From an uncultured cyanobacterium (GTDB lineage: Bacteria; Cyanobacteriota; Cyanobacteriia; Cyanobacteriales; Nostocaceae), in contig CAVUDP010000002.1 in the NCBI GenBank assembly GCA_963740315.1, forward strand, positions 1,344,001 through 1,408,000: 64,000 bases of DNA, read 5' to 3'. This document shows, piece after piece, positions 1 to 9,537 of this stretch (positions within the stretch are counted from its first letter, which is position 1; every line of letters starts with the position of its first letter). A program made the position numbers and the translations under genes. The notes under the pieces are model-generated. The model was not told the origin of the DNA. It made no database searches and worked only from the letters and a program-made list of their open reading frames with translations.

Positions 1-2
1 CT

Positions 3-644
3 AAAGCCGAAGAATACTGGACAAAAATTCTTGAAAAGTTTCCCGGTAATGCAGCAGCTTTGAGTAATCGGGGAAATTCTAGAGTTAGTCAAAACAAGTT
101 AGAAGCGGCGCTGGCGGATTTTAATAAATCGGTAGAGCTTGCACCCAATGTCACAGATCCTTATTTAAATAGAGGAACCGCTTTAGAAGGTTTGGGAAGA
201 TGGGATGAAGCGATCGCCGATTACAATCGTGTTTTGGAATTAGATCCGAATGACGCAATGGCATATAACAATCGCGGGAATGCCAAAGCTGGTTTGGGAC
301 AATGGTATGAAGCTATAGCAGACTATCAAAAATCGGTGGAAAAAGCTCCAAATTTCGCTTTTGCTCGTGCTAACTACGTTTTGGCACTTTATGAAACCGA
401 TCAAAAAGATAAAGCTATACGAGAAATGAAAAACATTATCCGTAAATATCCCCAGTTTCCCGATGTTCGTGCAGCCCTCACCGCAGCGCTTTGGGTAAAA
501 GGAGAAAGAGGAGAAGCTGAAAGTAATTGGGTGGCAGCTTATGGATTAGACAGTCGTTACAAAGATATTGATTGGGTAAAAAACGTGCGACGCTGGCCCG
601 ATAGTATGGTAGCTGCTTTGGAAAAGTTTTTGAAGTTGCAGTGA
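3..644 (+). CDS. Tetratricopeptide repeat protein (5'-truncated by window edge)
   Basis: Frame is open from position 3 (KAEEYWTKILEKFPGNAAALSNRG...); tandem TPR motifs (YLNRG..LGRWDEAIADYNRVLELDP, AYNNRGNAK). Confidence 0.85.
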   Translation, partial: KAEEYWTKILEKFPGNAAALSNRGNSRVSQNKLEAALADFNKSVELAPNVTDPYLNRGTALEGLGRWDEAIADYNRVLELDPNDAMAYNNRGNAKAGLGQWYEAIADYQKSVEKAPNFAFARANYVLALYETDQKDKAIREMKNIIRKYPQFPDVRAALTAALWVKGERGEAESNWVAAYGLDSRYKDIDWVKNVRRWPDSMVAALEKFLKLQ

Positions 645-881
645 TTTTACTTATTAATAATGTTTTAATAAATGCACTTATTGCTCTTTTGCATAAATGT
701 GCTTTTAATATTTTTATACTGAGTATTTGATTAATTTAATTTTCTGTTAGTAATTTGTGCATAAGTTAGTTAGGAATGCACCCAAATAAATATCAGAAGG
801 TATATATAACAAAACCGTTGGAGTAAAAAGCATCTATCATGACTCATTTTGGTCTTATCTGCCCTACCGCTACAGGTCATA

Positions 882-2087
882 AGCTGCTACGCAGCTAAAT
901 CAAATAAACAGCGTTACCTTTATTTTTAATCTTACGGTCCCAGTTAATAACAAGTCCTCCTTGATTAAGGAGTTTGTTTAACAATTCTTCTAACTGTTCT
1001 ACAGATTCAAATAACCTATGAGCTATATATTCTTTTGTTGAGTGCCAAACTAATTCAATTAAATTATAATCTGGACTATATGGTGGCAAGAATTCCAAAA
1101 TAATGTTTGGCATTTCTTTCTCAATTTTTTCTATAATATCTTTTCTTTTATGGAAGCTAGCATTATCTAAAATAATCACTATTTTAGCTGCACAATCATT
1201 AAAAAATTCAATTTCATTTCCCTGCTCTATCCATTCTTTCCTACATAAGTTATATAAAAGACTCAACTGTTCATAAAATATATCCGCATCTCCTTTTTTG
1301 ATGACAAAATTTATTCTTTTTTTATCATGATAGCGTAAACCTCCCATTATATTGACTCTTCCTCTTCTTCGTTGCCCAGTTACTTTTTTTCTACGACCTT
1401 TTTTACCCCACGTTTTTCTTCTTATAACTCTTAAACTAAATCCACTTTCATCCCAAAACCATACCTGTAAACGGTCTGGCATTGTTTTTGTTATTCTTAG
1501 ATATTCAGATAATTTTTCTTTAAATAGTTTACGTTTCTCAGGATTCTGTTTATCCTCCAAGCTATATTTTGCCCAAAGGTAAACGAACTTTTTTCTAGAT
1601 AATATTCTCCTTACTTGAGAGCCACTTAATTTTATTCCTGTTATCGTTTCAAGATACGTCGCTAATCGAGCAGATGTCCATCGACCAAATTCATATCCGT
1701 ATTCTGCCGGTTCTTTGTCAACTATTTCGGTGGAATAAATCTTCATATTCTTTAGTAACTTTACGTTCGCGTAGCGCGGCTCAAATTACCTTCTCTTCTT
1801 CCATCTGAAAAACTATCTAAGTCATCTGGGTCTCCATGAACTACCCAGTATGCTACCGTCGAATATGCAATATTCAAAAAATCGCTAATTTCTTGATATG
1901 TTTTTCCATCATTCATCAATAATAAAATTAAAATCTTTTCTCTTACATAAGGGTTATCATGCTCTTTGAGGGCTTTTAGTAGCCGTCCTTTCTGCTCCTG
2001 AGAAAGATGATTTTTTGCTGGCATACCTGGTTGGTGATCGCACCCGTTATTGATTTTTGTATTATACAATCAAGCTGCGTAGCAGCT
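882..2087 (-). mobile_element. IS630-family insertion sequence
   Basis: Perfect 15-bp TIRs AGCTGCTACGCAGCT (882-896) / AGCTGCGTAGCAGCT (2073-2087), flanked by duplicated TA (880-881, 2088-2089); encloses an IS630-type transposase. Confidence 0.95.
895..2069 (-). pseudogene. IS630 transposase split into HTH part (1761-2069) and DDE part (895-1746)
   Basis: Motifs WDESGF, ILDNASFH and LPPYSPDYNLIE.VW; reading frame broken around 1730-1785. Confidence 0.85.
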
Positions 2088-3436
2088 TATCAATACCATA
2101 TTTCCTTTAGCCAAAGAACTACAAAAGCGCGGTCATCATATTACAGTAATTAACATTCCCTATGCCGAAACTTTAGCTTCAGCAGCAGGTTTTGACTTTC
2201 AAGTATTTGGTGAAGCTGAATGGTCTAATGAGATTAGAGCGCAATATTATGCAAAATTAGCTCAACTCAGCGGCAAGGAAGCTTTAAATTTTACCTTTGG
2301 GATGTTAAAAAAGAAAACTGCTAATGCTTTAAGAGATGTCCCACAAATTATTAAGGAAGTAGGTATAGAAGCGTTAATAGTAGATCAAACTAGCTTTGAA
2401 GGCGGCACGATTGCAGAATATCTTAATATTCCTTTCATTACTCTTTGCAGTGCGCTGCCATTCAATCAAGAAAATAATATACCGCCGTTTGCCGTATCTT
2501 GGGGTTATAACCGGGCATGGTGGGCAAAATTGCGAAACCAACTCGGTTATTCTCAAATTAATCGTCTTTTTAAACCAACTTGGGAAATTGTATCGGAGTA
2601 TCGCCGTCAATGGAATTTACCTGCTTATTCCGATATATCCGATATCAATGAATATGATTCCAAGGTGGCGATTATTAGTCAACAACCTGTTGAATTTTAA
2701 TTTCCCCGTCAAAATTTACCGACACATTTCCACTTCACCGGACCATTTCACGATTCTACAGCTAGAAAAGCCGTTGATTTCCCATTTGAAAAGTTAAATG
2801 ATAAACCGTTGATTTACGCTTCGATGGGAACTTTGCAAAATCGTTTAAAGTATGTATTTTCTTATATTGCCGAAGCTTGTACTGGGTTAGATGCACAGTT
2901 AGTAATTTCTTTGGGGGGCGCACTCGAACCCGAAGCAATCGGAAATCTACCTGGAAATCCTTTAGTAGTTAAATATGCACCGCAATTAGAACTACTTCAG
3001 AAAGCTAGCTTAACAATTACTCATTCCGGATTAAATACTACTTTAGAATCACTGAATAATAAAGTTCCAATGGTAGCCATACCCGTTACTAACGATCAGC
3101 CTGGAGTTGCAGCGCGTACAGCTTGGAGTGGTGCGGGTGAAGCTATTGCTTTAAAAAAATTGAGTGTTGCTAAATTACGAGAAAGTATTAAACGGGTATT
3201 AACATCCGATTCTTACAAACAAAATGCTTTGAAATTACAGACAGCAATTCGTAATGGTGGAGGTGTAAAACGTGCTGCTGATATTATTGAAAAAGCTGTA
3301 ACAACAAGGGAACCAGTATTAGTTCAAAGATAGCAACATGAGATTTTTTTTCATGTTATGAAACAACATTAAGACCCTGCAATTAGGAATAAATTCTGAT
3401 TAGTAAACAGAAATTATTTCAATAATTCGGGGCTTA

Positions 3437-4681
3437 ATGACAAAAGATAAATATGCTCGTAAAAGCGAAACGGATAGAGGAGTTAGTGTCTTTAAAACTT
3501 TTCAACAAGATGCCGAACGAATCAAAGCTTTATCCGCCGATGACGCGACAATTTCCAAGCAACCTGTTATTACTATGTCGTCTTTGGGCGATTTGGGGAG
3601 ATTTGGAAACCAGCTATTACAATATGCTTTCTTAAAAGTATGTGCGAAGAAGTCTAATGCACAAATGGAATGTTCTTCTTGGATCGGACAAACCCTATTT
3701 GGACTTAAGGATGCACCAATTTCTAGACGTTTACCTTTAGCTGTGGAAGAATCGTATTTTGGTCCAAATCTTTTTGATTACATTCCCGAATTCATTCCTT
3801 ACTTAGAAAAACTCTCAAATCAAAGTAGTTTTCGGATTCCGGGAGAAGAGATTATTGAAAGTGCAAAAGTAAATGTAGATTTATGGGGTTTTTTCCAAGT
3901 TCACACCCAGTATTTACAGCCATATAAACAAGAAATTCGCTCGTGGTTTCAACCCGTCGGCGATTTAAAGTCTGCATTATTAGATGGATTAGAAGTTCTT
4001 CGTTCCCAAGGTAAAACAGTAGTTGGAGTTCATATTCGACGCGGCGATTTTTTTTCAGTGCCAATGGCTGGATTCACTCTTGTAGTTCCTTCAAAATGGT
4101 GGTGCGAGTGGCTCGAAAGTATCTGGGATGAATTAGAAAATCCGGTGCTTTTTCTGTGTAGCGATGATTTAGACAATGTAATTGATGATTTTAAAAAATT
4201 TTCACCCATTACGTACAAAGATTTAGATATCAAGCTACCGGAAAGGATGAAAGATTTAGATATTGGGTTTTACACCGACTTCTACTTATTAAGTAACTGC
4301 GATATAGTCGGTATCAGCAATAGCATATTTAGTTTCACAGCTTGTATGTTAAACGATCGCGGTAAAATGTTTGTCCGCCCAAGCTGGGATTTTTCGACAA
4401 AATTTGAGCAATTCGATCCTTGGAACAGCGTACCACTTTTGCACATAGGATACCCAGAACAAAAATCTTTCAAGAGTTATGGCGATGCTGTTTATACCAC
4501 TTGCATTACTCAAGGGATATGGGGAATGCTCAAATTCATTTTTATCTACTATCCTAAGAATTCTTTAAAAACCTGGCTTATTCGAGCTTACTTAGGATAT
4601 CAAATTCAAGGCTTTTTAGGTGTTTTTAAAAGTTTGCTATATACATTAGGTGCGCGTAATGTGTGGAAAAGTACTAATTGA
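3437..4681 (+). CDS. GT11 alpha-1,2-fucosyltransferase-like protein
   Basis: GRFGNQLLQYA N-terminal motif, GVHIRRGDF GDP-fucose-binding motif, and SDD and NS.FS motifs. Confidence 0.8.
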   Translation: MTKDKYARKSETDRGVSVFKTFQQDAERIKALSADDATISKQPVITMSSLGDLGRFGNQLLQYAFLKVCAKKSNAQMECSSWIGQTLFGLKDAPISRRLPLAVEESYFGPNLFDYIPEFIPYLEKLSNQSSFRIPGEEIIESAKVNVDLWGFFQVHTQYLQPYKQEIRSWFQPVGDLKSALLDGLEVLRSQGKTVVGVHIRRGDFFSVPMAGFTLVVPSKWWCEWLESIWDELENPVLFLCSDDLDNVIDDFKKFSPITYKDLDIKLPERMKDLDIGFYTDFYLLSNCDIVGISNSIFSFTACMLNDRGKMFVRPSWDFSTKFEQFDPWNSVPLLHIGYPEQKSFKSYGDAVYTTCITQGIWGMLKFIFIYYPKNSLKTWLIRAYLGYQIQGFLGVFKSLLYTLGARNVWKSTN

Positions 4682-4799
4682 ATGTATATAGTTAGGAATT
4701 AAGCACTCGCAACGATAAATCAAATATTCTAGAAGTTCATATCCGCTTAAATCCCACGCTCCTGAAGGGGAACTCACGTAAATCCTATTTAAATAAACC

Positions 4800-6137
4800 T
4801 TATGCGTCTTTCCTGGAGGAAATATAAAGAGGCTCGTTTTGATTACAAACATTACTAATAACACAAATCATCTCCGAAGCCAAAGTTTCTACTGTTTCCG
4901 TACTAGTTGAAGGTTGAGAAAACATAAAATTCAACAACATTTTGCCGCGAAAAGTAGAAACAGCAGCAGCAAAAACTCCTCCAAATGCTGCTTGTGCTGT
5001 CACAAAGCTTATTTCTTCTAATTCAAATTGACCGTAATTATGCGGTACATTAATCCGACCGATGTTAGTTAAAGATGCACTCACAAATGATTGATAAGGC
5101 TTTTTAAGAAAAGATTGCATAATTGTTTTAAACATCAACATTTGTCTAAATGCATCGTTGCTTGCTAAACCTTTTTCTAGTTTTTGTTTTATATCTCGTG
5201 CTAAATCCCAAAAATTCTCATTTCCTTGAAGATTATGAAAGGAATGTACAGTAGAAGCAACTGCACCTAAATGTTCATTACTTATTTGGGGTTGTAAACG
5301 CTTACGCAAATTTACAGGTGAAAGAAAGCTGTAATTATTGTTATTTTTTGCAGAAAGTTTAGTTTTTTTCGCAACTGCAAACAACATTGCAGCACTCAAA
5401 GCAGCTTGTACGGTAGTTTTTTGTTGACGACAAACATTTACTAAGGGTGTAGTTAATTCCGAATTCAGCTTTCTATGCACCATACCGCAGCTACGAGATT
5501 CTAAAGGTATGCTTTTTTCAAAATTTAAAGTTATAGGTTGATAACGCAATAACTGTATTTTCAGGTTTAATAAATAATAAATATTACCTATTTTCCCTGT
5601 AAAACCCTGAAGTGATTTTGGGATTAATTTATTAATAGAAGCTAATTGAGGTAATTGATTAAGACACTCCCCATTCCCTTCAGCAATATTTTGACAATTA
5701 GTTAATATTTCCGACTGCAATTGGATGCATGATGAAGCATCTGCGATCGCGTGATGTATGGTTGTAATCAGATAACAAATATTTGGTTCTTCCTCAAAAT
5801 TAATCAACGTAACTCGTAGCAGATTGCGATCGCTATTAATTTTTTGATTTAATTCTTCAATAACAACTTCCTCCCACTGCTCTATTTGTTGCTTTTTTAC
5901 AACTGATAATGAGATTTTATCTGCTCCTGATTCAAACCAAAAACTATTTGATTTCGCAACAATCCGAGTATTAAGTAAAGGATGACGACTTTGGATAATA
6001 TCAAGCGCTTGTCTTAATAATTGCTCGTTCAAAATTCCTTTAATACGACTAATTGTCACAATATGAAACGAAGCCGCAAGATTATTTAAAATTTCCATTG
6101 CTTGCTCGTGAGGGGCAAGTTGTCTGTTTTTTAACAT
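4800..6137 (-). CDS. Stand-alone condensation-domain/PapA5-like (alcohol) acyltransferase
   Basis: HHAIAD (HHxxxD) catalytic motif, RHPLL and VNLRKRL motifs; about 445 aa. Confidence 0.75.
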   Translation of the reverse strand: MLKNRQLAPHEQAMEILNNLAASFHIVTISRIKGILNEQLLRQALDIIQSRHPLLNTRIVAKSNSFWFESGADKISLSVVKKQQIEQWEEVVIEELNQKINSDRNLLRVTLINFEEEPNICYLITTIHHAIADASSCIQLQSEILTNCQNIAEGNGECLNQLPQLASINKLIPKSLQGFTGKIGNIYYLLNLKIQLLRYQPITLNFEKSIPLESRSCGMVHRKLNSELTTPLVNVCRQQKTTVQAALSAAMLFAVAKKTKLSAKNNNNYSFLSPVNLRKRLQPQISNEHLGAVASTVHSFHNLQGNENFWDLARDIKQKLEKGLASNDAFRQMLMFKTIMQSFLKKPYQSFVSASLTNIGRINVPHNYGQFELEEISFVTAQAAFGGVFAAAVSTFRGKMLLNFMFSQPSTSTETVETLASEMICVISNVCNQNEPLYISSRKDA

Positions 6138-6245
6138 GGGTAGATGGGGGAGGGGAGATGGGAGAGGGGGAGATGGGGGGATGGGGAGATGGGGGGATGG
6201 GGGGATGGGGAGATGGGGAGATGGGGGGACAAGGTGACAAGGAGA
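6138..6245. repeat. G-rich STRR array (GGGGAGAT/GGGGGAT-type units)
   Basis: Tandem 7-8 bp units visible directly. Confidence 0.9.
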
Positions 6246-6260
6246 AATAACTCTTAACTC

Positions 6261-7073
6261 TTAACTCCTAACTCCTAACTCCCGAACTAATTCCTGAATT
6301 TTTTCTGGAGTTAATTCTTGCACGTTACTTAACACTATTGTTGCTCCGGCTTTTTTGAGGGATTCGGTGTAAGTATCGCGTTTTTGTGCTGCTTGTTGTA
6401 CGTGAGGTGGTAATACTCCGACTCCAATCCAAGTGCGGTTTGGCTGGTTTTTCCGCGCTTTTTCTACGGTGTACATATCGGCTACCGTATCTCCTACGTA
6501 AATTACTGGTGGCGAATAATTAATACCATACTGTAGTAATTCAAGTGTAGAAAATAGTCCTGCGGGATCTGGTTTACTTGGCGCGTCTTCCATTGCAATT
6601 AATACGGGGGATTGTAACCTGAGACGTTGTTGCAACACATAGGTAGCTGATGCGCGAGTTGCACCGCTAAAAAATCCCCAGCGAATGAAGGCTTCGGTAA
6701 GTTGGTTTAAGTAGCTCGGCTGTAATAATAATGGTTCATCGCGGATGTATCCCGTTAAATTATCGGGGTTATTACCTCGGTAACGCGATTGAAAAAAGGC
6801 GACAATCGAGTTGTAATCAAGATTTACTTGTTCGCGGGATTGTTCTTGAGTTTCAAAGTAACGATAAATTAATTCTTGAGAACCTTCCCAATCATTATTC
6901 CATACACCTTCGGACTTAAGACGGTCAATATCATCGGCTGTAGGACGATACGCTTGAAGAGTAAAATGCTCTACAGTATCTGCGATCGCTCGTCGATAGG
7001 AACCCGATACATCCCGCACTACGCCATCAATATCAAAAACAACAATGGCAGGAATTGACGTTTGTTGATTCAC
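6261..7073 (-). CDS. HAD-superfamily hydrolase (cyanobacterial TIGR01548-like)
   Basis: FDIDGV motif I, KPDP motif III, GDTVAD motif IV. Confidence 0.85.
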   Translation of the reverse strand: MNQQTSIPAIVVFDIDGVVRDVSGSYRRAIADTVEHFTLQAYRPTADDIDRLKSEGVWNNDWEGSQELIYRYFETQEQSREQVNLDYNSIVAFFQSRYRGNNPDNLTGYIRDEPLLLQPSYLNQLTEAFIRWGFFSGATRASATYVLQQRLRLQSPVLIAMEDAPSKPDPAGLFSTLELLQYGINYSPPVIYVGDTVADMYTVEKARKNQPNRTWIGVGVLPPHVQQAAQKRDTYTESLKKAGATIVLSNVQELTPEKIQELVRELGVRS

Positions 7074-7074
7074 G

Positions 7075-7190
7075 GTAATCAGTAATCAGTTAACAGTTAT
7101 CAGTTAACAGTAATCAGTTACCAGTTACCAGTAATCAGTAATCAGTTACCAGTAATCAGTAATCAGTTACCAGTAATCAGTTACCAGTTA
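7075..7190. repeat. STRR heptamer array (CAGTTAC/CAGTAAT)
   Basis: Many tandem heptamers. Confidence 0.9.
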
Positions 7191-7269
7191 GAAGCTAGGA
7201 GTTAGGACTACTTCGACAAGTCTTACAGTGAGCTACGTCGAACTGCTCAGTAACCGGCGTTGAGTTATT

Positions 7270-7420
7270 TCTCCTTGTCTCCTTGTCTCCTCTCCCCCTC
7301 TCCCCCCTCTACCCCATCTCCCCATCCCCCCATCCCCCCATCTCCCCGAACCCCATCTCCCCCTCTACCCCATCTCCCCATCCCCCCATCCCCCCATCTC
7401 TCCATCTCCCCCGAACCCCA
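7270..7420. repeat. C-rich STRR array (CCCCATCT/CCCCATCC)
   Basis: Tandem units, reverse complement of the 6138-6245 type. Confidence 0.85.
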
Positions 7421-7502
7421 TTTCCTTATCCTAATTGCTCAGGTGGTAAGTTATTAAGTTAAAATAAGCGATCGCTGTTGTTATTAATGGTTGCTGGAAT
7501 AT

Positions 7503-7832
7503 ATGGAAGATCAAATTCAAACTCAAGAACAGGCATCCAAGTTTATTTTAAAGATTTTGTGGTTGGATGATAATGTGGCTTTGGCGGTTGACCAGATAGT
7601 GGGCAAGGGTTTTAGCCCTTTGACGAAGTACTTTTTCTGGCCTCGGACTGATGCGTGGGAAGAGTTGAAAAATGAACTGGAGTCGAAACACTGGATTGCT
7701 GAAGTGGAACGAGTCGAGATGCTCAATAAAGCTACTGAAGTTATTAATTACTGGCAAGAAGAAGGTAGAAAACGACCTATGACTGAGGCTCAAGGTAAGT
7801 TTCCTGAAGTTATCTTTACTGGTAGTAATTAA
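7503..7832 (+). CDS. ycf65: 30S ribosomal protein PSRP-3/Ycf65
   Basis: Family signature [19 protein letters not shown]...[17 protein letters not shown]. Confidence 0.9.
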   Translation: MEDQIQTQEQASKFILKILWLDDNVALAVDQIVGKGFSPLTKYFFWPRTDAWEELKNELESKHWIAEVERVEMLNKATEVINYWQEEGRKRPMTEAQGKFPEVIFTGSN

Positions 7833-7918
7833 TACTCTAACTCCATTCAATCAATTTCGTTGATATCCCACTCCTAAATTATCAGCCCTGCGAGCAGATT
7901 GCACTAAGGTAAGTATTT

Positions 7919-7952
7919 AGAAACCCGGTTTTTTTGAAAAACCGGGTTTTTC
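7919..7952. repeat. REP-like palindrome GAAACCCGGTTTTTTTGAAAAACCGGGTTTT
   Basis: Inverted repeat downstream of ycf65; related copy at about 15412-15444. Confidence 0.6.
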
Positions 7953-8348
7953 AATGCTTTTTTCTGTAATCGCTGCGTAAGTATTGTAAATGTAAGATAA
8001 AGCATATTGTACTTATACTTACTTAATAACCGAAAAAATACTTAACAAGCAAATAATTAAATAAATATTATTGATTAATGCGTTTAATTTGTTCTGTCAA
8101 GTTGTTTTGCTTCCAATAAATAATCTTGTTTTTAAGCAAAAACACTGAAGTAAAAAGTATTATATAGCTGCAAAATAGTTAACAGATATTAGTCAAAGTA
8201 GTAATTTAGTATTTCTTTCTTTAAATGGTATCAATTAAACAGGTATTACTAAAGAAAACCATTTAGGTATATAACTAGTTAATCTGTTAAAACATCATAT
8301 ACTGCACATTTTTTTTAGCATAAATAGGTCACTGGGGATAAGATAACC

Positions 8349-8984
8349 GTGATTCAGATATTTGGAAACTTTCTAGAAAACTTATTTAACAAAGATAATT
8401 TAGAAAAAGCTCAAGTTTTCGGCGATTATGTGGAAAGACCACAACAAGAAGAACATTTAACTTTAGGTTTTTCACCATCTGCTATTCCGATAAAAAAGCG
8501 CTGGCGTAATAATGGTTTATCCGCCGATTATGTTGCTAATTATTTAACAACATTTTTCCCGATAAAAGTAGATGAACCTGACAGCATAGATAGGTTAGCT
8601 TCAATGAAAAGTGCAGTCAGCTATACTGCTAACGAACTGTTAGAAAATTCCATGAAATATGCTGACACAACTACTTTCTATCCGATTACATTACATACCC
8701 AAATAGAGAATACTAAAATTCGACTGTTTGTGGATAACAGTATTCTGGCTTCACAAGCAGAAAATTTTCAGATGTTTATTAAAGAATTACTAAATTCTGA
8801 CCCAGACGAGCTTTTCATTCGTAAATTAGAAGAAAATGCGGAAAGTGAAAATAGTTCTAGTTCGGGATTGGGTTTTTTGACAATGATTAATGATTATTCT
8901 GCCAAGCTTGGTTGGAAGTTTGATACTGTCGAAAAAGATTCCCCAGTTATGACTGTAACTACTATGGTTGAGTTGACTGTTTAG
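8349..8984 (+). CDS. GHKL-type Ser/Thr kinase / anti-sigma-like regulator (slr1658/SiaB-like)
   Basis: N-box ANELLENSMKY, G-box SSGLGFL, RWRNNGLSADY motif; no HisKA phosphoacceptor. Confidence 0.75.
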   Translation: MIQIFGNFLENLFNKDNLEKAQVFGDYVERPQQEEHLTLGFSPSAIPIKKRWRNNGLSADYVANYLTTFFPIKVDEPDSIDRLASMKSAVSYTANELLENSMKYADTTTFYPITLHTQIENTKIRLFVDNSILASQAENFQMFIKELLNSDPDELFIRKLEENAESENSSSSGLGFLTMINDYSAKLGWKFDTVEKDSPVMTVTTMVELTV

Positions 8985-9035
8985 AGTACTTTAAAATCAT
9001 CTACAAATAGTTTGGAGTTAAGGAGCTTTATAAAT

Positions 9036-9380
9036 ATGCAAGTTAAGGGTGAAAACTATAATGTTTGGTATGACAAAAATAACGGTGCGATTAATTTTGA
9101 TGGCGCACTTAGATTGACTGGAATGCAGGATTACGCGCCAATTTTAGAATTACTTAATGAGATAGCTTCTACAGAACCACCAAATATGGTTCTTAATTTA
9201 CAGCAATTACAATTCCTTAATAGTTCGGGAATTAGTATGCTATCAAAATTTGCGATCGGGATGCGAAAGCAAAAGTCTGTAAAAGTAAAAATTATTGGTT
9301 CTAAAAATATCCCTTGGCAAGGTAAATCTTTGAAGAATTTACAGCGATTAATGCCGGGATTGACTTTAGAAATACAATAA
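9036..9380 (+). CDS. STAS-like anti-anti-sigma protein (slr1659/SiaC-like)
   Basis: LQFLNSSGISML resembles the SpoIIAA phosphoserine loop; WQGKSLKNLQRLMP tail; AGGAG RBS before ATG 9036. Confidence 0.75.
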   Translation: MQVKGENYNVWYDKNNGAINFDGALRLTGMQDYAPILELLNEIASTEPPNMVLNLQQLQFLNSSGISMLSKFAIGMRKQKSVKVKIIGSKNIPWQGKSLKNLQRLMPGLTLEIQ

Positions 9381-9537
9381 TCGTTTTGATTAAAGTAAGT
9401 TAAGCCGCGATCGCAAATGAAAATTGTAGCTTTATATTAAGTCAAGCTTTACGACTTTCAAATATTTACAAATAGTTTAATAAAATTTAATATTGCTATC
9501 GTTTTCAAAAATTATTAAATAGAAGTGAAAATGTCAA

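Larger units (their letters stand above)
839..3333 (+). pseudogene. Family 1 (MGT/CrtX-like) glycosyltransferase pseudogene, split by IS630 and an internal TAA
   Basis: ATG at 839 gives MTHFGLICPTATGH. Removing the IS rejoins in frame to INTIFPLAKELQKRGH. A TAA at 2698-2700 is followed in frame by FPRQNLP...IYASMGTLQN. The C-terminus has a UDPGT-like signature (PQLELL..THSGLNTTLES..P...DQ). Confidence 0.9.

Noticed and set aside
6053..7457. ORFs 6053-6250 and 7260-7457 (also 12290-12633 and the 23904 extension of folP)
   Set aside because: Low-complexity STRR translations.
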